DNA from: Marsupella aquatica
Taxonomy: Eukaryota; Plantae; Marchantiophyta
Reading direction: 5' to 3'
Assembly: GCA_973895155.1 (NCBI GenBank)
Contig: OZ316897.1
Span: 8,081,732 to 8,145,731, forward strand
DNA: 64,000 nucleotides
Part shown: positions 48,594 through 60,900 of the stretch, piece after piece
How the letters are laid out: the number at the start of each line of letters is the position of its first letter
How positions within the stretch are numbered: the stretch's first letter is position 1
Notes under the pieces: model-generated
Told to the model about the DNA's origin: nothing
The model's input: the letters and a program-made list of their open reading frames with translations, nothing else
Databases searched by the model: none
Program-made: the position numbers and the translations under genes

Positions 48594-51500
48594 ATGGCAG
48601 GAAGAGGATATCATAGAGTCAGAGTACTGGATCGGAGAGGGATCGAAAACATCTGCTGGATATCCAGTGTGGCCGTCTTAGTATGCGGAGTTGTGTCATC
48701 TACAACTTTCCCTGGAGACGTTACTGCTCTTCAGGCTGTCAAGAATAGCTTGGTTGACAGTTCTAACAGCCTGAGCACCTGGGGAGGAGGGGACCCTTGT
48801 GATGGATGGGTCGGAGTGTACTGCATCTCAGGGGACTATCCCAGTGACCTCACGGCCAGCAACTTCTCACACGTTACTGAACTGAGGTTACCGAATCTCA
48901 ATCTGAAGGGGAGCCTCGCTGCAGAAATCGGAAATTTTTCAGCTCTCAAGTATCTGAATCTTATGTGGAACCAAATCTCAGGGAGCATTCCACCACCAAT
49001 TGCCAAATTGAAAAATCTGAGCTTCTTACTCCTGAGTGGAAACCAATTGAGCGGCGCACTGCCCAGAGAGGTGGGCTTTCTCCCGAGCCTCGTCAGAATG
49101 CAAATCGACGAGAACAACCTATCTGGACAAATCCCAGACACGTTTGCCTATCCCTATCTACGCAAGGTTCAGCACATCCAGCTGAGTAGCAATTCTCTGG
49201 ACGGTGGCATTCCTGTCGGCCTCACCAACCTCACGACCATTCAGTATTTGCTCCTGGATAGCAATAACTTTACAGGGAATTTGCCAGTGATTGCCAGCAT
49301 GCCAAACTTGGTGATCGTCCAGCTTGATAACAATAATTTCGATTCCATTCCGGAGCAGTTCGGGACATTGCCGAATTTGGTGAGGTTGAGTTTGAGGAAC
49401 TGCAGTCTGAGGGGAGGCATTCCAGATTTCAGTGGGTCGAGCTCGCTAGCAGTGATTGATTTGAGTCACAACTCACTCACTGGGTTCATATCAAATGCCA
49501 CCAAGTCTGCAAACCTCACCACCGTTGACCTCTCGTACAACAGCCTTTCCGGGACGGTTCCAGTGTCCGTGGGCTCTTTACTGTCCTTGCAGATTTTGGA
49601 GCTGAGGGGCAACAGGATCAGCGGTCAGATACCTTCCAATCTGAGCAGCAATGTGCTGCACCAGTCCATCATTTTCGACTTCCAGAACAATTTGATTACC
49701 AGCGTGGCCAACAAGACCAACCTGCTTGGTGTGACGGGCCCAGATGGGAACATTACGGCCTGGTTATCTGGCAATCCGTTCTGTGGAACCAGTGCTCCAC
49801 AGCAGAACAATGCTCTGTGTGTTCCTAGGGATATTGCTGCCTATGTGGACATTGGAGGAGTCATATCCGCTCCAATGGCATCCACATACCAAAACACCTG
49901 CTCTGCTTCATGTGAAACTCCATATGCTCTCGCCACCGTATCCCAACCAAATGACTGCCGATGCGCCGCACCCATTACCGTCCAGTGGCAGCTCTTGAGT
50001 CCGAGCTTTTATCTGTTTGATCACCACATCCAGCAGAAACTTCAAGCCTATCTTGGTTCTGGATTGTATGTGGACGTCAATCAGATCCAGATACAAAGCT
50101 ATGTTTACCAGCCTGGCTTCAAGCTCCTCTTCACGATCCTCGTCTTCCCGCCAGGAGCACAGTTCGATGACAGCGAAGCGGCCAGGATTTACAGCGTGTT
50201 CGCCAATTTGAAGCTCCCGAGCAGTACCCTTTTCGGACCGTATGACATGATTTCGTTCTCCTTCCCAGCAATGGCTTCCAACGGGAAGTCGAGCGGGTTA
50301 CCAAAGGGGACAATCGCCGGAATTGTGGTGGGGGTTCTGGCATTCGTGGTGCTGAAATCGCTGTGTATGTATTACATGCTGAAGTACTGGCTGACTTGGA
50401 AGAGCCGGGAAAAACGTGAGAAATCTGAGCAGAAATTCTGTAGAAAGCAGTCCACCTTTAAGAAGAGTTTCTCGGGCATAAAGGTGGCCAGCGTGAAAGA
50501 GTTCACATTTGACGAGATCGCAAAGGCCACTGATTACTTCAGCGATGAGAGACTCGTAGGTGAGGGGGGCTATGGCAAGGTGTACAGCGGGACATTAGAG
50601 GATGGTCAGAAGGTTGCTGTCAAGCGTGCGGAGGAAGGATCTCACCAGGGGTCCCTCGAGTTTGAGACAGAGATCCAGTTGTTGTCCCGAGTGCACCATA
50701 AAAATCTAGTTGCTCTGATCGGCTATTGCAATGACCAGGGCGAGCAATTGCTGGTCTATGAATTCGTCGCCTACGGTTCTCTGTCATGGCATTTGTCCGC
50801 TGCAGCGAGAGTCCCTCTTACCTTCCTCACCCGACTCCAAATCGCTCTCGATTCAGCCAGGGGGATACACTACCTTCACACGCAGGCTAACCCACCGATA
50901 TTTCATCGTGATATCAAGGTAATCACACCACAATTATAAATTTCATACTTTTTCAGACGCTTTCTGTTAAAAACGTTAAGCAAGTTTCTGCTGTTAATGA
51001 AAGTGGTAGTATAAACATGGAGAAAAATGCGACCAAGTCAGATTAGTATGAGTCTATGAGTATCGGTAAATTGCCATAAACAGAGTAAAAGAGAAAACAA
51101 ATTGCACTTTATTTGATGGCCTTGCTCTTGGACATGTTATATACTGTAAAATGATCAAATCTGCCTTGAGTTCTACTGATGTATAGTTTACACTTTCCTT
51201 TCCTTTCCTTTCCTTTCCTTTCCTTTCCTTTCCTTTCCTTTCCCTTGAGGCCCAAACCATTTCTTGATGGTCTTGTCCTTGGAAATGATGTTTTAGGCAT
51301 CCAACATACTACTAGACGAGCAATTTCATGGAAAAGTATCAGACCTGGGCCTGTCGAAGGTGGCTCCCCAGCCGGATTTAGGTGGCATGGTGGGCTATGT
51401 GTCCACAGTGGTGAAAGGAACGCCTGGTTATCTGGATCCTGAATACTTCAAAACACATCGGCTCACTGACAAGAGCGATGTGTATAGTTTCGGTGTGGTG

Positions 51501-51950
51501 CTGCTGGTGTTGGTGACTGGCGAGCAGCCCATCTCAGATGGAAAGAATTTGGTGAGGGAGGTGAACAGTGCTTATGATGAGGGAGCCTTGGCGAGGGTGG
51601 TCGACCTCCGGATCAGAGGGTCGTATTCCCATCGAGCAATGGACATGATCACGAGATTGGCACTGGTGTGCTGCCGGGACAACCCGGATGAAAGGCCTAC
51701 AATTGGAGAGGTCGTCACTCAGCTGGAGGAGTTGTGGAAGGAGACCTATTACGAATCTGCAGAGGATGCGAATACCCCTAGTGCATACAGCGGAGATTTG
51801 CGTAATGACTGCCTCAGATCTGAAGATTCGCTTTTCGAACTCGACCCCTCGAAGGATAGCTCTCCAAATTCGTCCACTGTGTGGAGCAGTAGCGGCAATC
51901 CAGAGTCTGGAGGAAGTGTTCCCAACATCAACATTGTCAACCCCAGATGA
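48594..51950 (+). CDS. Leucine-rich-repeat receptor-like kinase, LRR-VIII-1 (At1g06840-like), ~992 aa, 2 exons
   Basis: Exon 1 48594-50918 and exon 2 51297-51950, with a phase-0 intron in HRDIK|ASNILL. LRR N-cap (W..GDPC..W.GV.C), plant LRRs including the clade-typical LMWNQISGSIP and MQIDENNLSG, Cys-rich juxtamembrane region CRCAAP, TM IAGIVVGVLAFVVL, and kinase motifs GEGGYG, VAVK, HRD, DLG, GTPGYLDPEY. Confidence 0.93.
51194..51243. repeat. (TTTCC)n microsatellite in the LRR-RLK intron
   Basis: About 10 perfect pentamer units. Confidence 0.95.
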
Positions 51951-53604
51951 ACGCACGCAGTACAGTGATGTCCACGGCTTTCAGGGAATGTTGGCTCCAC
52001 GGACCAACAAAAATGAAGTTCCACTACTCGAGGTCCAGCAGTGCTTCTTTCCTCAAATCACAGGGGCTGCAGTCTACAAAGTGAAGATCTATAGTTCCGT
52101 AGTCGTTTAGTTGCCACGAGCAGATTTGAATGTTCAAAGACACAGCCATTGTGAGCAACTCTCAGATAGTTTTGGAGCCCTGTTTGAGCCACTACAGAAC
52201 ATTAGAAGGAGAAGATGGGAACTGACCCTTTTGGGGAAGGGAGCAGATGGAAGAAATGAAATTTGAACGGATTATCTTACAGTAAGTCGTTTGGTGGCTA
52301 GATTAGAACACAGATAGATCGAGGAAAAGATGTAAACTCTGCGAAAGTGTAAGACAAAATCGCGCGAAGTCCATCATTTTAGATTTCATTGACTCCTCTG
52401 TCAGTTGTACATAATGTTTTTTCCTCAGATTGCATTTAATCTGATTCAGAATGTCATGGCCTATGCCTCGATATCGTTGACAATTTTGATATTTATGGTG
52501 GATTTATCCACACTAAGTAAAACTCACTTGAATGTTGAAAACGTAAGGAAATGATTTATCTCGACGAACCGATGTACAATGGTATCCAGCCCAGATACTG
52601 GATTCAACTCAATCACGGATCTAAGCATCCACTTGGGAACTGAAGGCCGTCAGCCAGGCCCGGTTGATGGAAACTAAACTGGAAACTCTCGAGGGTGGAG
52701 GTTGGAAAACCACACATGCATACGGAGCTAATTCTGATCGGTGTCTTGAACTCACGGTCACGGTAATACGAACCTTGAAAATGAAGAAAACAATCGAGCT
52801 CAAACTAGAGTTTAAATCCATCCCATGTCGACAGATCTGCTTTCGGGGGGTGGGGAAGCTAGGAGTGGACTGGAGGAGAGACAATCGTGTCGCTGCTAAT
52901 TTGAGCATCTTTCTAAGAATTGAACAAGACAGTATGAAAAGTGCGTTTCTACGATCAGTTGATAGGATAGCCCGACAAGAGCCGTAGCCCACTAGCCCTC
53001 CCTTTTTCACTGGACTTGAGGATATTCATAAAATAGCGGGATGACATCTACAAGTTTGAGTGAACCCTAATAAGTCGGTGCATCATAGAGACGTAGCGCA
53101 GGAAGGTTGACTTTCAATCATCCAATCACTTTTTGATGGATCATTCGATTCCAAAAATTCTCTTCGCACAATCATACAGTACAGAGCAATCTTCTCACGG
53201 TACGGAAAAAAACTTACAGGATTTTGTTGGAGGGTGTATGACTGTAGGCCCACGATGTAGGCTATAGGTCAGCTCGCTTTTCCATTGAAAGTTGAAAGTC
53301 GAAAGGCACCAGCAGTCCAGCACCCTCCCCTTAAAACCGGCCGTGATGATTCTGCTCCAGTCAACACCCGAATTCAACGGAGATTCTGCAGACGACTTGA
53401 GGCGCGAAATTCATAACAAACGGACTAGAGAAAAATTTAGACACTACAGTAGTAGACCATGAAGAGAACAGTGAGCTCCAATTCAACGAAGCAGACATGA
53501 AAACAAGGAATTGCAAAGTTAGAGCACGAAATCGAGAAAACATACGGCTGAGAAGGACTTTATGGTTCTCGAAACTCTACAGAAAAGCCCTCATAGACCT
53601 AAAG

Positions 53605-54631
53605 AATGGTTCTGGAAACTCTGATGGGCACAATCAGACCCAGTAACACAACAGGCCGTCAAGAGAAGAGTGTTACTTGATAGGACCCCTGAGGTTTGGG
53701 ATGCGTTGATTGAAAGTCTATCAAGCTCAATCAACAGTCCCGATCACTCAGGAGAGTTAGACACTTTCTTTTGGGGGAGCCATCAACCAAATACCTCTAG
53801 ATTGTGCTATGGAGCATAGTTTAATGTGTGTGCTATCACCCATGGACACAAAGGTTTGACGACATGCCGTCATGGAATCGCACCAGGGGGAATATTTGGT
53901 GCTATGAGTTCATGTAAGCATCTTGTCAAAAATAAGTATAAAAAATTATAAATTGTGTTGAGGAGCATAGTTTGATGAGTGGATCATTTCTCATGGACAC
54001 AAAGGTTTGACAAGATGCCCCCATGGAAATCATACAACCCTGATAATCTGGTTTTGTGAGCCCATCTATGCATCTTGTGAATGTTATAAATAGTGTTATA
54101 GAGTCTAATTTTCTCTAGTGTTCTTGGAACCCTGAAGAAAAGCCCCCATAGATGTACAAGGTTGGTTCAGGAAACTCTGATGGGCACAATTAAACCTTAT
54201 TGTAACACAACAGGTGTACTGTGATAATTTGTAAATTATGTTATGGAGCATACCGATGTTTGGCTTATCACTGATGGACACAAAGGTTTGACAAGATACA
54301 CCCATGTACTCAGAGAACTCTGATGGTCTGGTTCTGTGAGTCCATTCAAGTATCTTGTCAAAATGTAAAGTGTTACAGAGTACAGTTTTCTCTCATGTTC
54401 TCAGAACCCAGGAGAAAAGCCCCTTAGACACAAGGTTGGTTATGAAGACTCTGATGGGCACAATCAAACTCTAGTGTAACACAACAGGTGTGTTGTGAAA
54501 AAATGTGTTATTAAGCATAGCTTGATTGATTTTTGTATTATCAGTGATGGACAGAAAGGTTGAACAAGATACCCCCATGGACTCACATAACCCTGATAAT
54601 TTGGTTCTGTGAATCAAAGCATCTTGTCAAA
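53605..54631. repeat. Degenerate tandem array with ~275-bp units
   Basis: Recurring CTCTGATGGGCACAAT (three times), ATGGACA(C/G)AAAGGTT(T/G) (four times) and CATCTTGTCAAA. Confidence 0.8.
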
Positions 54632-57169
54632 CTTTTGTGAAGGCTTTTCCTTTTCCCAACCCACAAACCTTTTTTCTCCTTTTGCTCTCCCTCGAGCCAC
54701 CCTTTTCTTCCCTCCAACATGTTTTAACAATGAGAAAAAACATGGAGGAAAAAACACGAAGAAAATTCCACTTCAAAAAAGCAGATAGCAAAAAGTCACT
54801 ACTCATACCAATGCACTTCTAATAGATAAGTTACATGCAGAAAGTATTTCATGTAAAGTGCACTATACTGACATTGTGTGTCAGGTGTAGTCGGAAAATT
54901 ATATTTGTATATAATATATTGTAAACGATATTATATCTCTTTGGCACATCTTGAGTCAATCTAAGGGTGTAAAAATATTTCTTTTGCACATCTTGGGTCA
55001 ATCTAAGGGTGTCAAAAATCCTGGAAGACATCTAAGGGGAGTGTGATGTTCCCTCCTTTTTCAAGTTTGAAAACAGATTGCAGGGGCATCTAGCAACATG
55101 GCCACACATTGTATTTATGCATCTTAGGCACCATATCTTCAATTGACTTATATTTTTCACCTACTTTTGCACACTTAAGTTGCACACCAGATAACATGGT
55201 TGCAATGACAACATTGAGGACAACATAGGCGCAATGGCATGGCCACAAAAACCACATAGTGGCGACAGCAATGGTGCAATGCACAAAACATTGGACTAGT
55301 CCAACACTCTAATAATTGAAGGTCCAGATTTCCCCCCTCCCCCTCCTCCTCTTATGTTTTATAAATGACATTAAGGATAGAATCATTTTTGGCCGTAAGT
55401 AGAAGGATGCTTTTTTCCAAACCGTGACCATTAGATTTGTCCAAAATTAATGACACGTCATTGAGGACTAGAAATCCTTGAAAATTAAGGCACAGGAAAC
55501 ATAAAATGGTTGGATCCAAAATATGGGTGCATTTGATCAAGTGATGGTTGACAAAGGAGACAGTACAGGTTGGCATGCAACTATTGTGCGGAGAGGCATG
55601 AGCCATTGGGTCGTCCTTTTTGACTTATGAGATTCAATTTTCTAATATTAATGGCAACAGTCTGCCTTTTAAGACGAGGGTACATCAAGTTTGGTTCTAT
55701 TTAATTTTCTAAATCAGTCTGGCTATAACTGATAATGGCAAACAAATTACAAAAATCAATAGGTGTGCAAGTGGAGAGGAGCTAATGACTGATAACTCTA
55801 ACAAAACTCCATATTAAAGGAAAATAGCACAAGAGGTTTATGGTGATTTTACAAGACCTGGGTACTTGTGACCTTTTCTACCAAAGCATAGACTCCAGAC
55901 CAAAAATCTTTGAGTTCTAGAAATGCAAATCCCTTGAATGGAGCCAACTTTTGGAAACTCTTGACAAAACCAACTAACCAAGCTCTTCAGATCAGCATTG
56001 CCCTGGGCCCACGACTTGCCATTGATGTAAGATTGGTAGATAAGGTTGCACCAACTTTAAGCAAGCTTCCCCAAACAGTATTGAAAAGCTTTTAGTACTA
56101 CACTGTCTAGTATGAAGACAAATCAGCAAAATGTTCTTTCAGCTAATTATAGTTGAAATGATCCCCCAGGCAAAAGAAAATAAATTAGACTGTCTTGTAG
56201 TGTTTCCAGTTCAAAAAGATTATAATCTTAAGAAGAATATTTAATCATTCGTTTTAAGAGTTGGGATAAACTTTTTTATGAACCATCTTAAAGCAGAAAA
56301 TTTTTAGTTTTGGGTGACTTGGTACGCCCTTGGCCTCTCCTCATTGTTCATGGCCTTACAAAGTGTAGACCTCAAATTTATCCCCATATGTCATCTTTTT
56401 AGAATGTTAAGCCGGGATGGAACAAGGGGTTTTCTCTGAAGCCGCCATGAATTTCCAAAGCTGAGATGGACTGCCTCAAAAAACATCAAAATATGCTCAA
56501 ATATAACTCTTTACTATTTTGACCAAACATGATTGTAAACTAGCTCCTGACCATTTGCAGCTGGTTTCCATTAGTTTATACAGGTGGTAAGTGAAGGCTC
56601 ACACACAAACTACTCAGGGCGTCATTCACTAAAGTGCAACGTCTATTGACAGTTAATGTATAGTATTTGACCATTTTTGCACTCATCGGCAATGGAGATT
56701 TTAGTTTATAATATGTGACCGGTTTTGCCCTCATTGGCATTTTTGCACTCATTGCATTTTTGCACTCATATATCTCAAATGTGAAACTTTGTCAGGGTGG
56801 AAACTTTTGAGCTTAAAAAGAGATTCAAAAGTTGCCCAAATAACTGCACACGTCTGCTAAAATGTAACATTTTACAGTTTGGTTGGGGAGCCTGGAAAAC
56901 TACTACTGGAGGAGTCCTTCTCTAAAATGAGGGTCCTTTGCTTTAGGTGAGTTTTGGATGTAAAATGAAGCAACATATGTCACAATCTATGGGGATGGCA
57001 ATTTTTATAGACAGTGACAAAGGAGCATGACTCAAGTTAGCTGTGAGTCTCTTAGACCCCAATTGCACATACAAGTATCTCTCATTCTACAGGAGTGTTA
57101 GGTGAGATCCAACTTATCGCTCATTCTACACGAGTATTCTGGTGAGATCCAACTTTTACAGTAAACTCC

Positions 57170-57634
57170 ACTATTCACTGCTGGCAGGAATGGAGAGTAG
57201 CCAGACTGGGAAGGGGCCCTTTTATATGGACAGGCGTGGTTTAAAATGGTGCACCGGTGTATGTCCCCACCTCTAAACATCGTGCAGATAAATTGAATGT
57301 GACAAATTTGAGTGCCTATTCACTGCTGGCAGGAATGGAGGGTAGCCTGACTGGGAAGGGGTCCTTTTATCCAGGCAGGCGTGGTTTAAAGTGGTGCACC
57401 GGAATTGTATGTCCCCACCTCTAAACATGGTGCAGCTAAATTGACTGTCACTAGTTTGAGTGTCTAAACATGGTGCAGCTAAATTGAATGTCACTAGTTT
57501 GAGTGTCTAAACATGGTGCAGCTGAATTGAATGTCACTAGTTTGAGTGTCTAAACATGGGGCAACTAAGTTGAATGTCACTAGTTTGAGTGTCTAAACAT
57601 GGGGCACCTAAATTGAATGTCACTAGTTTGAGTG
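57170..57634. repeat. ~150-bp duplication followed by five 43-bp tandem units, upstream of SF3A3
   Basis: CTATTCACTGCTGGCAGGAATGGAG...TATGTCCCCACCTCTAAACAT occurs twice, then TCTAAACATGGTGCAGCTAAATTGAATGTCACTAGTTTGAGTG x5 (57420-57634). Confidence 0.9.
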
Positions 57635-57774
57635 TACAAAGTTACAAAGAAAAGAATACAAAGAAAAGAATACTAAAGAGATTTACACAGTGGAGGAGGA
57701 ACCAAAGGTAAACCCTCACGGAAGAGAGGGATTCACTCACCGAGGAGGGTTTTGCTCCTCCGACGGGGTCATTG

Positions 57775-57783
57775 AAACCCTAA
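57775..57783 (+). promoter_or_regulatory. Telo-box (AAACCCTAA) ~150 nt upstream of the SF3A3 ATG
   Basis: Exact motif in the position typical for plant housekeeping and RNA-processing gene promoters or 5'UTRs. Confidence 0.5.
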
Positions 57784-57933
57784 ACGTTTCTCCCTCCATT
57801 TGATTTCTCGAGTTTTACGCTCGGGAGAAATTCCAGTCCGGAAGACGTCACGACGACTCGGATCAATTTTCTCGTCGCGCTGAAATCGAGCTCGGCATTG
57901 AGCTTCGCGTGCGATTTTTGGGTCAGCTGCGAG

Positions 57934-60900
57934 ATGTCGGCAACTTTGCTGGAACAAACGAGGGCATGGCACGAGGAAGTGGAAAGGTTAGAAAGGCTGT
58001 TCGTGAAGGACTTGCAGCGCGCTGTCAAGTCTCACAAGGAGAAGTTGCACCAAAATCATCGCGTCAACAACATGACGGAGTCCATAGTTGCGTCGAGCCA
58101 GAAGCTCGTGAGTCGTTCTTCACCGTTTTCTGTGGCCCGAGAATTTCGTCCCTTCTTTGATGTTGTTTATTACTCGTCGTCGACTCTTTATCTGTTGGCA
58201 GCTCCAGTCACCAATGCAGTCCCGTAGGGTCATAGGCTGAATCGGTGACGCCCACGTTCATTGCTGCGCAAGGTGTAATTTGTGCTGTCGCAGTAGCTGT
58301 TGGATTGCATATACAGCATTGCTCGAAAGCCCGAGCATTTTGCGTCATATTTTCTGTTGCAATTAACACGTTTTGAAGTAATTCAGAAAAAATCGTAATC
58401 TCTTGAATTATTTTTTATAGGTTGAAATATACGAGGATAAAGATAATTCCCGCAAAGATGAAATTGCAGCTCTTGGAGGGCAGATTAACAATGGGCAGAG
58501 CAATTACTTCAGTTCGTTTTATGATCGGCTGAAAGAGGTACTTGTTCCCATCGCATTGGTGTATCACTTCAATTTGTATGTACTTATAGGTGCAATGCAA
58601 GGACTGCGTTTTACTTATTTACAGCATGACCTTCGTCACCAGGCTCTGTCACTCGAGCCTCACAGTCATGAACATAATGAACTATTCCTGGATATTTAAT
58701 AAAGTTTTTGAAGTCATTCGTTCAATTGGGTTGTTCAGTGGTGGAAGGTACAGCTTCTAGTATGGCACAAAGTATCAAGGGAACGAAATTTGCTGGACAA
58801 TCTTGGCCTTTGCGAAATTAATTGTCTCTTGTAGACCCGCTTTGGTTGTCTTTGAGATTTGAGTGGACGAGCCTTCTTGTTGGGAGCGACAAATGATTTT
58901 GAACTGAAAGGAAATGCTGATCTGCGTCCTTTTCGATCACTGAGTCTTTTGGGGTGGGCCTTCTAGTTTAGTGTTTAAGGTGCTGTGCAGTCCTTTTGAA
59001 CCCCTTGAGTACACGCTGGCTTGCTTTCATGTTCTCTTAAAACAAGAGGGTCATTTTTTCTCTTAGGCTCCGAATAGGTATTTTGTTATGAGTCTAGGTT
59101 CTGGGCGAGAACTGAAATTATGGAATTTATCAGCCGGCTGTGTTTATTGTAGTAATACAAATGTGGGTTGCCTTTTGAACTACAGATTCGAGAATATCAC
59201 AGACGGCACCCCACTGCTAGGGTAGTTGATGAAGGTGAAGACGCGGAAGAAATTTTGAAAGAAGAGCCATGGATCGAGTTCAGCGGCGAGGTATACTTAT
59301 CTGTTTGAGTTGTGTGAATGTAATATCTTCTGCTCAGGTTGCTTAATTATTAGGGTTTACACGATTTGAAATGTACTACAATGTTTTCATTGCGCAGTAC
59401 ACGGAACAATTCCGAAGCAATGTTAGAAAGATAGTGTGGGGTGTCATATTTATGGTCCGGTGGTTCTTGTATCCGTCAAGTTGTTACAGACATCTGTGCT
59501 CTTAATGCACTAATATTTTGTAGTTCTGCGTGTCTTAGGAAGCATACGGAAGATATCTTGACTTGCACGAATTGTACAACGCCTATCTCAATTCCAAGTT
59601 CTGCCGGAAAGCCAATGGCCAGCCTATCGAGTACTCTGCTTATCTTGAGGAATTTTCGCAACCACAGGAAATTGCTCGCAATCATAAGCTTTCAAGGTCA
59701 GAGCACTGACTGTAATCTACTGATGTGTGCTATACACTAGGAAATGTTGTTTCCAGATTTGTGGACTGCAAGTACTTCAACCTCTGCCTATTGGAGATCT
59801 TGATTCTTTACATATGTGTGAAACATTTTCATGTCTGGCACTTTAAAGTCTTCCTGTCAAAGCAAATCAACTATATTTTGTCTTTTCTGCAGACCGTATC
59901 AGGAGTACTTGGCAAATTTGATTGAGTATCTTCGATCATTTTTTCAACGAACACGACCACTTGAAGATCTGGATAAAGTGTTCTCTAAAGTATGTGCTTT
60001 TGCTCATTTTCAAATCTACTGCTCCCATTAACTCCACTTGGTGTAGCACTACCTGCACACCTGTTCCAGCTATATGTAGTTTGTTAAATAGAGTTATCTT
60101 TGGACAGAAGATCACTTTCCATCCCCTTTCCAATTCAGTTATTCAGTCTGTACCTGCTTTGTCCCAGCCGTAGGCAAATTCTTCATCAGTCCGCTTTTTG
60201 ACAGGTGGAGACCGAGTTCAACCAGCTTTGGGATGCTGGGGCTCTTGATGGTTGGGAAGATCAAGGCTTGGGAAAGCCTGATGATCCTATGATTGACATT
60301 GATGACTACGATTCGGTAGAGGAGCTCATGGAATTGGGGCCTGAGCGACTTAAAGATGTGAGTATAGCTCTTCTTAAACCGCTGACACCGATTTGCATAT
60401 CATGTTTGCTTGAGCACGATTCTTGTTTGCCAAGAAGTTCACAAGTTTTGTCTCGTGAACAGTCTGGAAATACTCTGTATTGATTTGGAATGATAACAGC
60501 TTACTCTTAGCATGATGTTGATTGCAAATTTCTTTCTATTTTGTCATTGGAGTGACTGAGTAGGCTGCCTTCGAAAATCTTTACCTATAATAGGTGACTG
60601 ATATTGCTATGAGGAGAAGCATCAAGAAATCTCGAACTTGTTCCAAGTCACTTGTGCAAACGTCGGGATTTAGGAGGGTCATAGGATGTTTATTGTCGTC
60701 CATTGATTGGTTCTTGATCCATAGAATCCTGGTTTGAACTTTTGTCGAACTGTCAGGCACTAAGCTCCTTAGGACTTAAGGCTGGTGGCACGTTGCAACA
60801 GCGGACAGAACGTCTCTTCTTAACCAAGGTAAGTTTCGTAATGACTTCTTCCCACGTCCTAAGCTCATTTGAAGAATCTGGCCTGCTCGTTGTCCATGGC

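Noticed and set aside
52621-53543. ORFs of 60-129 aa downstream of the LRR-RLK (TIR-like words VIPLFY, WCL)
   Set aside because: The motif fragments are isolated and interrupted by stops, and no coherent exon chain could be built.
57420-57634. 43-bp repeats (also 17303-17440 and 23845-24262) as CRISPR-like arrays
   Set aside because: Units are head-to-tail with no unique spacers, there are no cas genes, and the context is eukaryotic. These are ordinary minisatellites.
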